This document shows, piece after piece, positions 61,607-64,000 of a DNA stretch of 64,000 nucleotides. The position numbers and the translations under genes are program-made. The notes under the pieces are model-generated. The model worked only from the letters and a program-made list of their open reading frames with translations, was not told the DNA's origin and ran no database searches. The DNA is from Neoechinorhynchus agilis (lineage: Eukaryota; Animalia; Acanthocephala), in assembly GCA_051530055.1 (NCBI GenBank), contig CM121342.1:186001-250000 (forward strand), in the 5' to 3' direction. The stretch's first letter is position 1. Every line of letters starts with the position of its first letter.

Positions 61607-62090
61607 AGATGGCTGCTCCGTCTGCCGTCGTTTCGCCGATGGCTGCATTGGCTTTTGCTATGCTGAGTATTATATTTGGTAATGTAAACCGTGATGTGGT
61701 GCTTGCTTAATTGTCTCGTCTAATTAAGACGAAATAGCCATTGTGCTACGATGTATTGACATTAGAGTTGAAGTTAACCAATGGTTGATTTCTCGGTGGA
61801 GCTTTGTTGATATTGGAAATAATTACGTCACATAAGATGATGTTAATTATTGGCTGATGATTATTGGTTTTAACAATCAAAATTAAATTCAAGTTAGTTG
61901 TTGTTGGACATAAGATCCGCGACAACTAGAAGCATTGTCGGGAAAAGTATCAGTGGGGGTTGTTATTATTCGACCTCCACTAGATTGTGGACGGTAGCAA
62001 TCACGTTAGTTTTTGTTACCACGATTTGGTTCACGGATGCACTATTGCTAAAATAGCAAGTGCGATTTAAGTGTAGTGATGAATGGTTGA

Positions 62091-63761
62091 TATCTGGTTG
62101 ATCGTGCAAGTAATTATATGCTCGTCTCAAAGATTAAGCCATGCATGTGCAAGTTCATACTTCATACGGTTGAAACCGCGAATGGCTCATTAAATAAGTC
62201 ATGGTTTATTGGATCATGCGAATCAGATATGGATAACTGTGGAAAATCTAGAGCTAATACATGCCACGTAGCTTCGACTTGCGGAGAAGTGCTTTTATTA
62301 GATCAAAGCCAATGACGTCTTAGGGCGTCAGATTGTGCTGACTCTGGGTAAAGTATGCTGATTGCATTGCCTTATTAGGCAGGCGACGTGTCTTCCCTAT
62401 CAACTATCGTTGGTAGTTTATACGACTACCATGGTCGTAACGGGTAAGGGGGAATCAAGGTTCGATTCCGGAGAGAGAGCATGAGAAACGGCTGTCACAT
62501 CCAAGGAAGGCAGCAGGCGCGCAAATTACCCAATCCCAGATTGGGGAGGTAGTGACGAAAAATAACGATGCCGTAATCTTCGGATTCGGCAATTGGAACG
62601 AGAACAATCAAAATCCTTTATCGAGGATCGATTGGAGGGCAAGTTCTGGTGCCAGCAGCCGCGGTAATTCCAGCTCGAATAACGTATGTTAAATTTGCTG
62701 CGGTTAAAAAGCTCGTAGTGGGGAGTCAGGAGATGAACTGTGCGCTGTCATGTCATAAAATGACGTGTATAGCATTGCACCAGATTCACTTCTTTAATTT
62801 CGCTGCTCCTGCGTCGTCGAAGACCCAATTAAGTTTGGGAGGCGCACTTTAAAGGGAAGGTGATTAACTACTTTGAGAAAATTAGCGTGCTTAACGCAAG
62901 CGACTTGCTTGAATACTGTTGCATGGAATAATGAGATAGGACCTTGGTTCTGTTTCGTTGGTTTCCGGAAGCCGAGGTAATGATTGATAGGGATAAACGT
63001 GGGCATTCGTATTGTGGTGTTAGAGGTGAAATTCGATGATCACCGCAGGACGTACAACTGCGAAAGCATTTGCCAAGAATGTTTTCATTAATCAAGAACG
63101 AAAGTTAGAGTTTCGAAGACGATTAGATACCGTCCTAGTTCTAACTATAACCTATGCCAACTGGGCATCTGGCGCTTGCAACAACAAAGCATCGCCAGGC
63201 ACCCCGCGGGAAACCAAAGTTATTGGGTTCCGGGGGGAGTATGGTTGCAAAATCGAAACTTAAAGGAATTGACGGAGGGGCACACCAGAAGTGGAGCCTG
63301 CGGCTCAATTTGACTCAACGCACGAAAACTTACTCGGTCCGAACACCGTGAGGATTGACAGGTTGACAGCTCTTTCTTGATTCGGTGGGTGGTGGTGCAT
63401 GGCCGTTCGTAGTTGGTGGAGTGATTTGTCTGGTTTATTCCGATAACGAACGAGACTCTAGCCTATTAATTGGTGTGACGAGCAAGCCCTCATATCATTC
63501 TTGTTATTGAGTGGTAACGCCGTCAAAACGCTTCTTAGAGGGACAAGTGTCGTGAGGCACTCGAAGTTGAGCAATAACAGGTCGGTGATGCCCTTAGATG
63601 TTCGGGGCTGCACGCGCGCTACAATGGAGGCTTCAAAAGGCATTCCTGTTTCGAAAGGAACAGGGAATCATAAATGGCCTTCACGATTGGGATCGGAGAT
63701 TGTAATTATTCTTCGTGAAAGAGGAATTCCTAGTAAGCGCGAATCATTATTTCGCGTTGAC

Positions 63762-63805
<44 letters not shown>

Positions 63806-63891
63806 CGAATGGTTTAGTGAGGTTTTCGGATAGATTGCATGGTGCCACAAGTGCAACTGCGAAATCTAAAAGTTTACCGAACTTAACCATT

Positions 63892-63947
<56 letters not shown>

Positions 63948-63949
63948 CA
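62091..63949 (+). rRNA. 18S: 18S rRNA (divergent; ~11-nt deletion near 62394)
   Basis: CTGGTTGATC..AAAGATTAAGCCATGC; GTGCCAGCAGCCGCGGTAA; GTACACACCGCCCGTC; AACCTGCGGAAGGATCA. Confidence 0.97.
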
Positions 63950-64000
63950 GAGAGATAGGTAGCACCTTCAAAAGTGTTGCCACACACATAACACGCGTGC

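Overview
Eukaryotic (probably animal, fast-evolving rRNA; not identifiable without a search) rDNA-edge heterochromatin with no ordinary protein genes. It contains: (i) two broken rDNA units in opposite orientation: minus strand 37.8-41.8 kb (18S fragment, ITS1, 5.8S, ITS2, 28S 5' half) and plus strand 58.4-64 kb (28S 3' half, IGS, ETS, 18S); (ii) defective copies of at least six divergent R2-superfamily (RT + CCHC + restriction-like endonuclease) retrotransposon families, of which those with a surviving end abut the canonical 28S R2 site; (iii) Penelope-like elements with minimal hammerhead ribozymes; (iv) L2/CR1-like remnants; (v) three satellite families; (vi) a ~15.5-kb tandem duplication (5315-20896 and 20897-36084). 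The best candidate for an undescribed system is the architecture of the 28S-targeting elements. They have two C2H2+C2HC zinc-finger modules, no recognisable Myb, a conserved ~100-aa block and a catalytically dead OTU-like domain directly before the RT. Their 3' ends read AATAAA-N8/9 with no poly(A), and their 28S-derived 5' leaders pair with a downstream UTR segment. A neighbouring satellite carries repeated copies of the 28S sequence upstream of the R2 site. Boundaries are hand-read and approximate, and the domain calls are by-eye motif alignments that need HMM or structure confirmation.
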